This document shows positions 12,177-21,912 of a stretch of DNA of 64,000 nt, one piece after another (the stretch's first letter is position 1; the number at the start of each line of letters is the position of its first letter). Where the stretch lies: positions 144,792 through 208,791 of the forward strand of contig NW_003314368.1 in the NCBI RefSeq assembly GCF_000143415.4. Reading direction: 5' to 3'. The stretch comes from Selaginella moellendorffii (lineage: Eukaryota; Plantae; Lycopodiophyta). The notes beneath the pieces were generated by a model. The model was not told the origin of the DNA. It made no database searches and was given only the letters and a program-made list of their open reading frames with translations. Both the position numbers and the translations under genes were made by a program.

Positions 12177-13103
12177 TTACCTATTGAATTGTACATCCAG
12201 AGGTGTTGAGGAAGGATTCCAGGTTCCATAAGCCCAACACCTTGTATCTAAATCATATGAGAATGAGTACGTTTCATGTACATGACAACAATGTCCATAA
12301 AAGTTCAAGTAGTTATCTGCTTGACCACCAAAGCTGATATGCAATCCTTGCAAACCTTGAACCACATCCGTACTCACCACAGCAATCTCACTGCCTGTCT
12401 CTGCACAAACCTCCTTAACTACAAACATACACTTGTCTTTCAGCCACACCATGTAGAGCTTCTCCCTCCAGCTAGCCAGGCAAATGAACTTACCCTCCGT
12501 GACAAGACGGAGATCCTTGATTGTGATCGTGTTGCTCGCCACATCAAACTCAACAATCTGACGATGGGAGGCATCTATACAGGCCAATTTGTTTTGTATG
12601 AGCACCAGATCACTCAGTGGAGAGGTTTCAATCGTGATGGATTTACACCATTCTGCCTGGCCGCAAGTGAAGGTGAGGATGTTGCCACTCCAGAACCACA
12701 CCACAACCTTGAACTGCTCCTCGGCAGTGGCCAAGAGGATCACCCTCGAAAAGTCCAAGAAAGGGATCTCTTCCCACCTGTTGGCAAAGGGATTCCCAAC
12801 GTAGAGTTTTCTGGCCTTTGTAGAGCGAGCGAGGACGAGGCGCTTGTCTTGGGAGACAACACACAGCCAGTCGGGAACGTTGTCACTGCGAGGTTTCCAG
12901 TGCATCACCTTGCCACTGCTGTCCCGGATACGATTGGTTTCCGGGTAGCAGAACCTAGCGCTGTCCTTGTAGGAGCTCCGGAAGCTGGGCTCGTCCACGG
13001 CTGCTTTCCACGCGCGGCACACGCATCTGGAGGTGAGGACACCCGAGAATGGAAGCTTGCACAGGATTTCTCCCACAAGCTCAGGCCGATATTCCTGTGC
13101 CAT
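12177..13103 (-). CDS. F-box protein (intronless)
   Basis: PELVGEILCKLP...RCVCRAWK F-box; LYVGNPF..WEEIP associated repeat; first ATG at 13103. Confidence 0.8.
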   Translation of the reverse strand: MAQEYRPELVGEILCKLPFSGVLTSRCVCRAWKAAVDEPSFRSSYKDSARFCYPETNRIRDSSGKVMHWKPRSDNVPDWLCVVSQDKRLVLARSTKARKLYVGNPFANRWEEIPFLDFSRVILLATAEEQFKVVVWFWSGNILTFTCGQAEWCKSITIETSPLSDLVLIQNKLACIDASHRQIVEFDVASNTITIKDLRLVTEGKFICLASWREKLYMVWLKDKCMFVVKEVCAETGSEIAVVSTDVVQGLQGLHISFGGQADNYLNFYGHCCHVHETYSFSYDLDTRCWAYGTWNPSSTPLDVQFNR

Positions 13104-13580
13104 TCTTTGTTGACGCCATAAGGAAACGAACCCTAGGCCAACTTCCCCAACCCTTTTCAACTTTAAATACCTCAGGCATAAAACATTCTCAAAATATTCT
13201 CATAGCAACTCTTATTTAAAGTTTGAGAATAGGTTTGAGGGTGTTTCACCCCCGATGCCTTTAATCATTCGCTTTACCCCACAAGAGTTCCAACCATCCT
13301 GAGGGAAATTATTCAGGAGAAGAAAATGCAATGAAAATCAAAAGAAAGAATAGATCTAAGCACAACAATTATTGATGTACGAATATTCACTTCGGGGCAA
13401 TTAACGGCTGCGATCGTTATAATTAAGCTGAGAATATTCGCCATTTTTATATTTTTAGGGCTCTTCCGCATTTTTGTAGCTTTGAGTGGATTAGATCACT
13501 AGGCAGCGATGGATCTGATCGATCTGGGATCCAGCATTTCTCCTCTGCTGTGCTGCTAGGGCGTACAAGAGAAGAGGTCG

Positions 13581-14290
13581 ATGGGATGCGTCCTGGGCGC
13601 GGCGCGGGATAATCCCAAGTGCTACCTGGATATTTCGGCAGCTGGGGAATCGCTGGGGCGCCTGGTGATCGAGCTGCGCAAGGATGTGGTTCCAAGAACA
13701 GCGGAGAATTTCCGGGGCCTGTGCACGGGTGAGTATGGCGCGTCCTATAGGGGGAGCAGCATTCACCGGATTGTCCCAGGCTACGTTGCGCAGGCAAGAG
13801 ATCTAGATCTGTGTGCGAGCTTGCGCTGAGATTTCTATTCTTCTTCCCAGGGGGGAGATTGTGGCAAATCGATCTATGGGAAGAGATTCGAGGACGAGAA
13901 TTTCAAGCTCTTGCATACTTCCAAAGGGACGCTTTCCATGGCAAACAATGGCCCTCACACCAATGGTATAGCCCCTTGTTCTTTCCAAAATCTCTTGGAT
14001 TCATCTCTTATTTGATCCATTCTCTTGGTCTCAGGGACACAATTTTTCATCTCTTTGGGTAAATGCAAGCAACTAGATGGAAAGCACGTCGTGTTTGGCA
14101 AAGTCATCCAAGGTATAGTGCTCGTACTTTTGTACTTTTCTTTTTTACCTTCTACTACCACAGTGTAAAGTTCTCGCTACGTTGATTTTCAGGCATTGAG
14201 CTTTTGGACTCGCTGGGCAACTTGGGGAGTAGCGAAGGAAGAACGATCAAAGAAGTAAAGATCCATGACTGTGGCGAGCTAGTTCAGTAA
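13581..14290 (+). CDS. Single-domain cyclophilin (divergent), 4 exons
   Basis: [69 protein letters not shown]; exons 13581-13793, 13851-13965, 14035-14112, 14193-14290. Confidence 0.9.
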
Positions 14291-14730
14291 ATACTGTTGA
14301 AAAGAAAAACTATTCTCCTTTTCATACCTGTGAAAATAGGATATAGCGCAACAATATATAGCAAAGAGCCAAGCAACAGTGGAGTTGCTTCAAAGCTTAA
14401 ATATATCTCAGATATACCTTGAGAGAAAGATCAAAATACAATATTGAGTCTATTGGATGGAATAAAGAACGCATAAAATTTATAACCCATCTTGTGTAGG
14501 CGTGGGGACCTTCAGTCTTTACAAATATCATGAAGACCCATTCGTTTTCGTCTTCCACCCAAACAATTTGATGCATCTCACAAGGAACACAAGGGTATAT
14601 TCGATGGATAACCACTAGTGTCGCAAAACCCTAAATTCTCTTCTTAGGGTTCTTTACATTTCTCTTCCTCTCAAAGGCTACGATAGCGACGACGCGGCAA
14701 CGATGAGCCTCGATCTGGCACGCCTGGATC

Positions 14731-17424
14731 ATGGCGAGCGCTCGGATGGGCAGCTTGCTGGCTGCATTGAAGCAATGCAGCAGCTCGAGAGATCTGGCAA
14801 GAGGAAAGCTTGTCCACGCCGCGGCGATCGAGCGCGGCGATGTCTCGAGCATCCGGGTATGGAATTCTCTGATTAGCATGTATGGAAAATGCGGCAGCCT
14901 CACGGATGCGCGCCTTGTGTTTCACAGGATGCCCGGCCACAGCGTCGTGTCGTGGAACGCATTGCTGCTGGGATTCGCCGAGAGCGGCGAAGGAGGCATC
15001 GTTCTCGAGCTCTTCTCGGCGATGCAAGCCCAGGGCTGCGCCGCCGATCGATTGACGTACGTTGCGCTACTCAAGGCTTCTGGAAATCTCGCAGAGAAAG
15101 AGAATGGCAGTTCTTTCCTCGTGAAGCTCGGGGCTTTGGAGAAAGCAATGGCGATCCATTCCATGGCTCTCAACGAGGACCCTGTCGTCCATAGCTTCGT
15201 CCAAAATGGTTTGGTAGAAACTTATGCCAAGTGTGGGAGCTTGACTGATGCTCGAATGGTTTTCGACAGGATGGAGCTCCACACGGTCGTCTCTTGGACG
15301 TCTTTGATTCTCGGGTACGCTGAGAATCGCGAGGAAAGACTGGCTCTGGAGATTTTCTCTCGAATGGAAGCGGATGGAGGCTGTGTACCAGATTCTCGGA
15401 CTTTTGTTGCTGCTGTCAAGGCATGCACGGGATTGGCTGCTCGAGAAGAATGGAGAAAAGCTGACGGCAAGGTGGTGAAAGCTCTGGCTTTAGAGAAAGG
15501 ACTAGCAATCCATGCTCAAGCTGCACAGCGAAGGCACGACTCGGACATTTTTCTGGCAAGCTCGCTGGTAAACATGTACTGCAAGTGTGGGGGTCTCGAT
15601 CGCGCGAGCAGAGTCTTCAGTGGTATGCCGGTTCATAACATTGTGACTGTGAACGCTTTGATGCTTGGCTATGCAGAGAATGGAGAAGGAGGCAGAGCTT
15701 TCGAGATCTTTATGGACATTAAGGAACGGTGCACTGGACAGGACTATCTAACTTTCCTGGCGGCAATCAAGGCCTGTGCAAGCCTTGCGACGAGAGAAGT
15801 TGGAACTCACGTCGATGGGAAGCTCTTGAAAGTGGATTCGCTGGAAAAGGGTATGTTTGTTCACGTTGAAGCTGCAAAATGTGGCTGTGACACGAACTCT
15901 TTTGTCAGGAACTCCATGCTGGATATGTACACGAAGTGCGGGAGCCTGGTGGATGCTCGCAGGCTGTTCGAGAGGACTTTTATCCGCGATGATGTTGTGT
16001 TGTGGAACACCTTGATTCTTGGGTACGTTGAGAGTGGAGAAGCGCAAATCGCTTTGACATTGTTTGATCGGATGACTTCAGAAGGCTGCTCGCCAGATGC
16101 TAGAACGTTCATGGTTGCTTTCAAGGCGTGCACTTGTCGCTCGGAGAAAGAAGAAGGCAAGCGAGTTTGCGGCAAGACCGTCAAGCTTGAGACCATGAGA
16201 AAGGCTATGGAAATTCACTCTCAAGCGGCGAAGTGTGGCTATGACTCGGACCTTTTCGTGGCAACTACGATGATCGACATGTACGCCAAATCTGGGAGCT
16301 TGAAAGATGCTGAGAAGGTTTTCCAGGAGATGAAGAACCGTGACGTCGTCGCCTGGACTACGATGGTTCTTGCCTATGCCGAACAAGATGCAAGTAAGCA
16401 CTTGGCTTTAGAGTTGCTCGACCGCATGCAACGCGAAGGCTGTGCCCCGATCTCTCTTACTTACGTTGCTGCTTTGAAGGCCTGCGCGAGCCTGGCGATG
16501 GAAGAGGAGGGCGAGAAAATTAATGGAAAGGTCGTGAAGGTGCTCTCGTTGGAGCGAGGAGCTGCCATTCACTCAAAAGCCGAGGAACAAGGATTTGATT
16601 TGGACCTCCTTGTGATGAACGCGGCGGTGGACATGTACTCCAAGTGTGGTAGCATGGTCGACGCTGGAAAAACTTTTGACCGCATGGTTCTTCGCAGCGT
16701 GACTTCCTGGAACACTTTGATGATGGGGTATGTAGAAAACGGTGAAGCATCGATGGCTCTAAGCTTGTTCTCTCGCATGCAGCGTGACGGCCCGGCTCCA
16801 AATCCTGGAACTTTTGTGGCTGCTCTCAAGGCCTCTGCGAATCTGTCAGCGCTGCAAAGTGGACGGCAACTTCACAGAGAAATCTGCCGCTACGGTCACG
16901 AGTTCCATGAGATCGTCGCAAATTCTGTGGTGGATGTTTACGGCAAGTGTGGAAGCATGACTCGAGCTCACCAGGTATTTGATTCCATTTCTAAACCGGA
17001 TTTAGTGAGCTGGAACACGCTGCTAGCAGGTTACAGCCGCGAGGGGAACACCGAGCTCGTGTTCTCCCAGTTCCACAAATTGGAAGACGAAGGCCGCCTC
17101 AAACCAAACGTGGTGACCTTCGTTTCCCTCCTCGCGGCTTGCAGCCACGCCGGGCTGGTCGATCGAGGCAAGAGGCTTTTCCAGTCGATGGTGTCCAGGT
17201 ATGAGATCGATCCAGTGCTGGAACACTACCACTGTTTGGTGGATTCTCTAGGCCGTGGGAATCAGCTGGAAGAAGCGATGAAGATCGTGGAGACGATGCC
17301 TTTCTCGCCGAATGATGTCACCTGGAGGACAGTGCTGGGCGCGTCGAGGAAGTGGAGCAACGATCGAGTGGCAAAACAAGCATTTGATTCGCTGGCAGGC
17401 TTGATAGGTTCATTGGGACAATGA
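14731..17424 (+). CDS. PLS-class PPR protein with C-terminal E region, no DYW (probable organellar RNA-editing factor)
   Basis: 897-aa intronless ORF; repeated MYxKCGSL.DAR.VF.RM / VVSWN.L..GY motifs; EHYHCLVDSLGRGNQLEEA, MPFSPNDVTWRTVLGA. Confidence 0.95.
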   Translation: MASARMGSLLAALKQCSSSRDLARGKLVHAAAIERGDVSSIRVWNSLISMYGKCGSLTDARLVFHRMPGHSVVSWNALLLGFAESGEGGIVLELFSAMQAQGCAADRLTYVALLKASGNLAEKENGSSFLVKLGALEKAMAIHSMALNEDPVVHSFVQNGLVETYAKCGSLTDARMVFDRMELHTVVSWTSLILGYAENREERLALEIFSRMEADGGCVPDSRTFVAAVKACTGLAAREEWRKADGKVVKALALEKGLAIHAQAAQRRHDSDIFLASSLVNMYCKCGGLDRASRVFSGMPVHNIVTVNALMLGYAENGEGGRAFEIFMDIKERCTGQDYLTFLAAIKACASLATREVGTHVDGKLLKVDSLEKGMFVHVEAAKCGCDTNSFVRNSMLDMYTKCGSLVDARRLFERTFIRDDVVLWNTLILGYVESGEAQIALTLFDRMTSEGCSPDARTFMVAFKACTCRSEKEEGKRVCGKTVKLETMRKAMEIHSQAAKCGYDSDLFVATTMIDMYAKSGSLKDAEKVFQEMKNRDVVAWTTMVLAYAEQDASKHLALELLDRMQREGCAPISLTYVAALKACASLAMEEEGEKINGKVVKVLSLERGAAIHSKAEEQGFDLDLLVMNAAVDMYSKCGSMVDAGKTFDRMVLRSVTSWNTLMMGYVENGEASMALSLFSRMQRDGPAPNPGTFVAALKASANLSALQSGRQLHREICRYGHEFHEIVANSVVDVYGKCGSMTRAHQVFDSISKPDLVSWNTLLAGYSREGNTELVFSQFHKLEDEGRLKPNVVTFVSLLAACSHAGLVDRGKRLFQSMVSRYEIDPVLEHYHCLVDSLGRGNQLEEAMKIVETMPFSPNDVTWRTVLGASRKWSNDRVAKQAFDSLAGLIGSLGQ

Positions 17425-17621
17425 AGAACAAAACGTAATCTCCTATGAATCACTGTTCTTGGCGCCATTTAGATTCAAAATATTCTTTCACAAAGATTCG
17501 CCCATGTATCGAGGTCATGGATTTCGCCTTGTTCTCGACTTGTCCTAGCTTCCACTGATCCAGATTCATCGCAGACGATAAATTTCTTTCAAGTGATCAA
17601 CACTTCTTTGCCCCAAAAGAA

Positions 17622-18928
17622 ATGTTTGCGATCAAACTCCTTTTAGCACTCTCGTTGTTACTCGTTGCAATTCTCACGTTTTTTCTTGCAATTTCTCGAG
17701 TGGATCCACTCCCTGCTGCCTGGAATCCAGCTCCAGAGCGTCAGGGGATCTACGCTGCAAATGCCGCGCTCCAGCGGGTCGAGAAGATTGGGGTTGGGTT
17801 TTTCTCCGGAGCCGAGGATCTGGCTGTGGATCAAGAGGGCCGGATTTACTCCGGTGGGAAGGATGGATGGATCAAGCGATATTTCCCCGCGACTGGCAGG
17901 ATCGAGAACTGGATCTACGTGGGAGGGCATCCTCTGGGCATGGCGATTGGGAAATATGGGGAGCTCATTGCCGTGGAGCCGGTCATGGTGAGAGAATCTC
18001 TTAGAGATTTTTTCCTTCGCTCTAATCTATTCCTTCCATCGCAGGGGCTCTTGAATGTGACCGATGCTGGAGTGGAGATTCTCTCAAACGAGGCCGATGG
18101 ATTGAAATACAAGTAAGAACTGTGGATATTTTTTCTATTTGAGTGTGGGAACTTTGGATTTCTTGCTCTAGAATTGCCGATGAATTGGTCGTAGCTCGAG
18201 ACAACACGATCTACTTCACGGATGCCAGTACCAAATTCGATGTCGCTGATTGCCGGCTTGGAATCGCGACCCAATGGCCGGATCCTAAAATTTGATCCAT
18301 CCTCAAGAACAACATCGGTGTTGCTCAAGGATTTGTATTTCCCAAATGGAGTAGCGCTGTCACGCGACGAGAATTACCTGGTTTTCTGCGAGACCTCCAA
18401 GTAAGTTTCCTTTTGCTTTTCTCTTGTTTCTCAGATGTGTTTAATTATAGAGCCAGGTGTAGAAAATACTGGCTCCGAGGAGAAAAGATGGGAAGCATCG
18501 AGAATTTTCTGGACAATTTGCCAGCGTTTCCAGACAACATCCACATCAACGCTGATGGGAATTTTTGGATCGCCCTCGTATCGGTTAGAAGATTCTTTCT
18601 TCTCCACTTTGGTTCCAAAGTTTAATTTTTTGTACAGGATCGTCTATGGCACATTGAGCTCATCTCAAACTCGCCGCTACTAAAGAAGCTCGTCTCTCAT
18701 CTGGTGCCTTTTCTCCCGGATGAATCGCTACAATCAGCTAAAGTTTTGGCTGTGGATCCAGATGGAAGGCCTCTTGAATTTTTCGAGGATCCGACCGGGA
18801 AAGAGATGGCGTTTGTCACAGCTGCTCTACAAGTTGGAGATCACCTCTACCTGGGAAACTTAGCAAAGAGCTACATTGGAAGGATCAAGTTGTCCTCGAG
18901 AGAGAAAGGGACAAGATTCTCAATTTAG
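17622..18928 (+). pseudogene. Strictosidine-synthase-like (SSL/APMAP family) gene with apparent frameshift in exon 3
   Basis: N-terminal [49 protein letters not shown]; frame break at ~18260 gives a stop at ~18295. Confidence 0.75.
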
Positions 18929-21427
18929 CAGAATAGTTTTAAGCTGGAAAACAAGAACATGAGGCAAAGAGCTTGAACTGAAGCTACATAAAAATGATCG
19001 CAAGATCTCAAGCTTGTAAAATTACTAGATCTCAAGCTTGCAAAATTAATGTCATTTCTAACTTTTTAAATATTTAGAAAACTTTCTTTTATAAATGGAA
19101 AGAGAATCTATCTTGATGGTAGAGCCATTTTCGTGCTATAAAATGCTAAGTGTAATAAATTTTGAAAAGTAGTATGTAGTTGATATATGTCCTCATTGAG
19201 GTGTGATTTAAGCCCTTTATGCGCACATCCATGCTATGAAAGAAATCCAAAGGTTATTGGTAAGTACTGTAGTTGAAAGACCAGTAAGATTAAGGTTTTG
19301 GGTAGGTACGAGCATTTTTGGAATGGAGAAACTGTCAAATAAAGATAATGTTGCTGCACTTAAAAGAGACCTTTGAATAAATGCTAGAAGTAGAAGATTA
19401 TGCTCTTATAGATACTCTAACTACACTGAAAAGGGTCATGCTTGAAATCACTCGCAAAACAACAAGTTACACTCTTTTGTGAAAAGATGTGATGAAAGTT
19501 TTAGTAGATTCTTGGCTTGCAACAATAGCCAACCCATAAGTGCTTAAAGTTGAAAACACATGTCCTAGAACCAAGAAGTGCCAATTAGCTGGAGGAATGA
19601 AACTGATTGGCACTCTGGTTCTAGAATATATATTCTGAACTTTAGGCACTTCTAGGTTGGCAGTGTATGGTAGACTGTTTTATGGATGAACCATGTATGA
19701 CTTGATGCTGAAACACCTATTCCAAAGAAGAAAAGACAAAAAGCCCACTCTATACAGTGAGAGTACAGCTTCGAAAGAATAAATGTTTCAGCATCAAGGA
19801 AGTCATCTTCCCTTCAATAGGATGCTCATCTATAAATAAGAAATTTTAAAATCAAAACTACTTTACTTACTTGAGTTTGGATGTGAAAACTTGTTATTCC
19901 AATGTTCTTGAACAAGCTTGATCCGTAAATTGATATACTCCACCAAAAACTCTTGTGCTATTCTCTCAACTAAATTTCGTCCATATTGAATAACAAGTTT
20001 AGACACTTTGCAATCGACAGACTTTAAATTGTACTTATTTTGGCAACGATGGTATTGGTAGCCAAAGCATTCAGTTCTAAACCATGGCTCCTTTTAAGAG
20101 CAAATCCAAGGCCTTACAAAAATACTGCAACTGGTTCTCATTTTTGCCCATGGAGCCTGGGCCCTGTAGTTAGGCCGTTCTCTGCCAGTGGCTCGTATTG
20201 TTTAAACATATTTTGTCATGCAATTAATTTTAGGTGAGTTTTATAGAATTTATCATGGAATAAAATGTTCTGTTGCTCATCGTGCGATCCCACGTGCATG
20301 GCTTTTAGTATGAAGCCGAAGAGTTTTGGGCATGCAGTGCACGGAGTTGCTCTAAACAGATCTCTTGTTAATAGGACCTCGAAAAACTAGCCACCTCCTA
20401 GATTGAAATGGCTTACACTTGGTGGGAAGCAGAATGGTGGCTTCAATTTCTACTTCTCATTCTCGTCACTGTTTTATCTCTTCATGCTGCTTCTGAATCG
20501 CCGCTATCTGCTTCCAAATGACAGCTACTCGATCCTCCGCCCCCTGCAAGAAGAAGAGAGCGCATCCTCCAAACCTTGAGTTTCCCGGCAATCTTGGAGC
20601 TCTGCATTGCCACCACGTGTTATGTTTGTAAACGATGAGAGGCTCGGCTAGATGCTGCTGTGCAGGGCTCATCGTTGCCGAGATCATCGTCGTAGTAGTC
20701 ACGATCGTGTGGAAGCGTTGAGGCTCCTGGATGAGGAGTTGTTAACGTTCAACAATCTCGCAGGCTGATCGTCCATTCGCGGTACTCCTTACGGATGGTG
20801 AGCCCATCATCTCTTCCAATCTTTCGAAAGATTCTGTTGGTAAGTGCCTGGAGCTGGTTGCCTTCTTCTTGCTGGCAGACGATGGAACTGGTGGAACTGG
20901 AGTCGTTTGAGATTTCCTGGATCTTAGGAAGAATAGTTGCTGCTAGCAAAACAAAACAAAACAGAAATCGATCAACCACGCCATGCATGCGGAGATAGTC
21001 ACGTATCTCTCATGACTGTCCATATCCAAATCCACTGTTGTTCTTGCCAAGATCTCAATTATTCCCATTGGAACTCTCCACTTTACGATGATCACCTTTC
21101 TCGATTACTTCCTCCTCAAGCTACTCCTCCTTGTGAATCAAAATGGTCCTGGATTTGTTGCGACCTCAGCCTCAAGTATCTGAAGTTCTTGAGCAGTGTC
21201 TTGAAAATTGTGGATGGAAAGCTTAGCTATTGTCAAGGGGAGACAAAGTCAAACCATGCTTTGTTTTAGACTAATCATGGTTAGTGTGGGATTAGTAATA
21301 ATCTTAAAGCTAAAATACAAAAGAAGGTTTAGTGAATAGTAAAGAGTGTGATCAATGGCATTGTTAAAAAAGTCGGTATTGAGTACATTTTTTTTTCCAA
21401 TCAGTTAAGGGTTTTGGGATATTTAGG

Positions 21428-21482
21428 GTTAAGCGTCTTTGGGTTTGAATAGTACTGGGCTGGGTGACCTCCTGGGAAGTCC
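21428..21482 (+). other. 5S rRNA-derived fragment (A-box / IE / C-box internal promoter region only)
   Basis: GTTAAGCGTCTTTGGGTTTGAATAGTACTGGGCTGGGTGACCTCCTGGGAAGTCC versus plant 5S GTTAAGCGTGCTTGGGCGAGAGTAGTACTAGGATGGGTGACCTCCTGGGAAGTCC (recalled consensus); 5' and 3' ends of 5S absent. Confidence 0.85.
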
Positions 21483-21748
21483 AAATTCAGGAGTTTACAG
21501 ATAGGCATGTAAGCGAAAGCTAAACTATGCCTCAGGTTGGTCGGCCATGCTCGACTGTAGCGCACGTGGTTTTGACCCTTTATCCTATGGTGATTTACCA
21601 TAGGATAACACCACAAAGCGGAACCTAAACCCTTCATATGCCACGTGACATATGCCATGTGTCACATACCACGTGTCCAAAGGAACGTGGTGTGGAACCC
21701 GAGGTTCAAGCCCTTGGGCCACTGAACGAACGGTGCCAAACCCCCAAG

Positions 21749-21912
21749 CATGGAGCCAGGGAGTGACGGAACCGAACCATGGAGGAACTCCCAAACATGG
21801 AGCCAGGGAGTGATGGAACTGAACCACGGAGCAACTCCCGAACATGGAGCCAGGGAGTGACGGAACCGAACCACGGAGCAACTCCCGAACATATAGCCCA
21901 AGGAGTGAAGGG
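21749..21912 (+). repeat. 47-bp tandem repeat (about 3.5 copies)
   Basis: CATGGAGCCAGGGAGTGACGGAACCGAACCACGGAGCAACTCCCGAA units starting at 21749, 21796, 21843, 21890. Confidence 0.9.

Noticed and set aside
12276-13121. 281-aa plus-strand ORF
   Set aside because: Antisense shadow of the F-box gene
20466-21269. Possible spliced minus-strand gene relic
   Set aside because: Stops and frame breaks; family not identifiable
21428-21482. Functional 5S rRNA gene or complete Cassandra element
   Set aside because: Only ~55 nt; no 5S ends, second LTR, PBS or PPT visible
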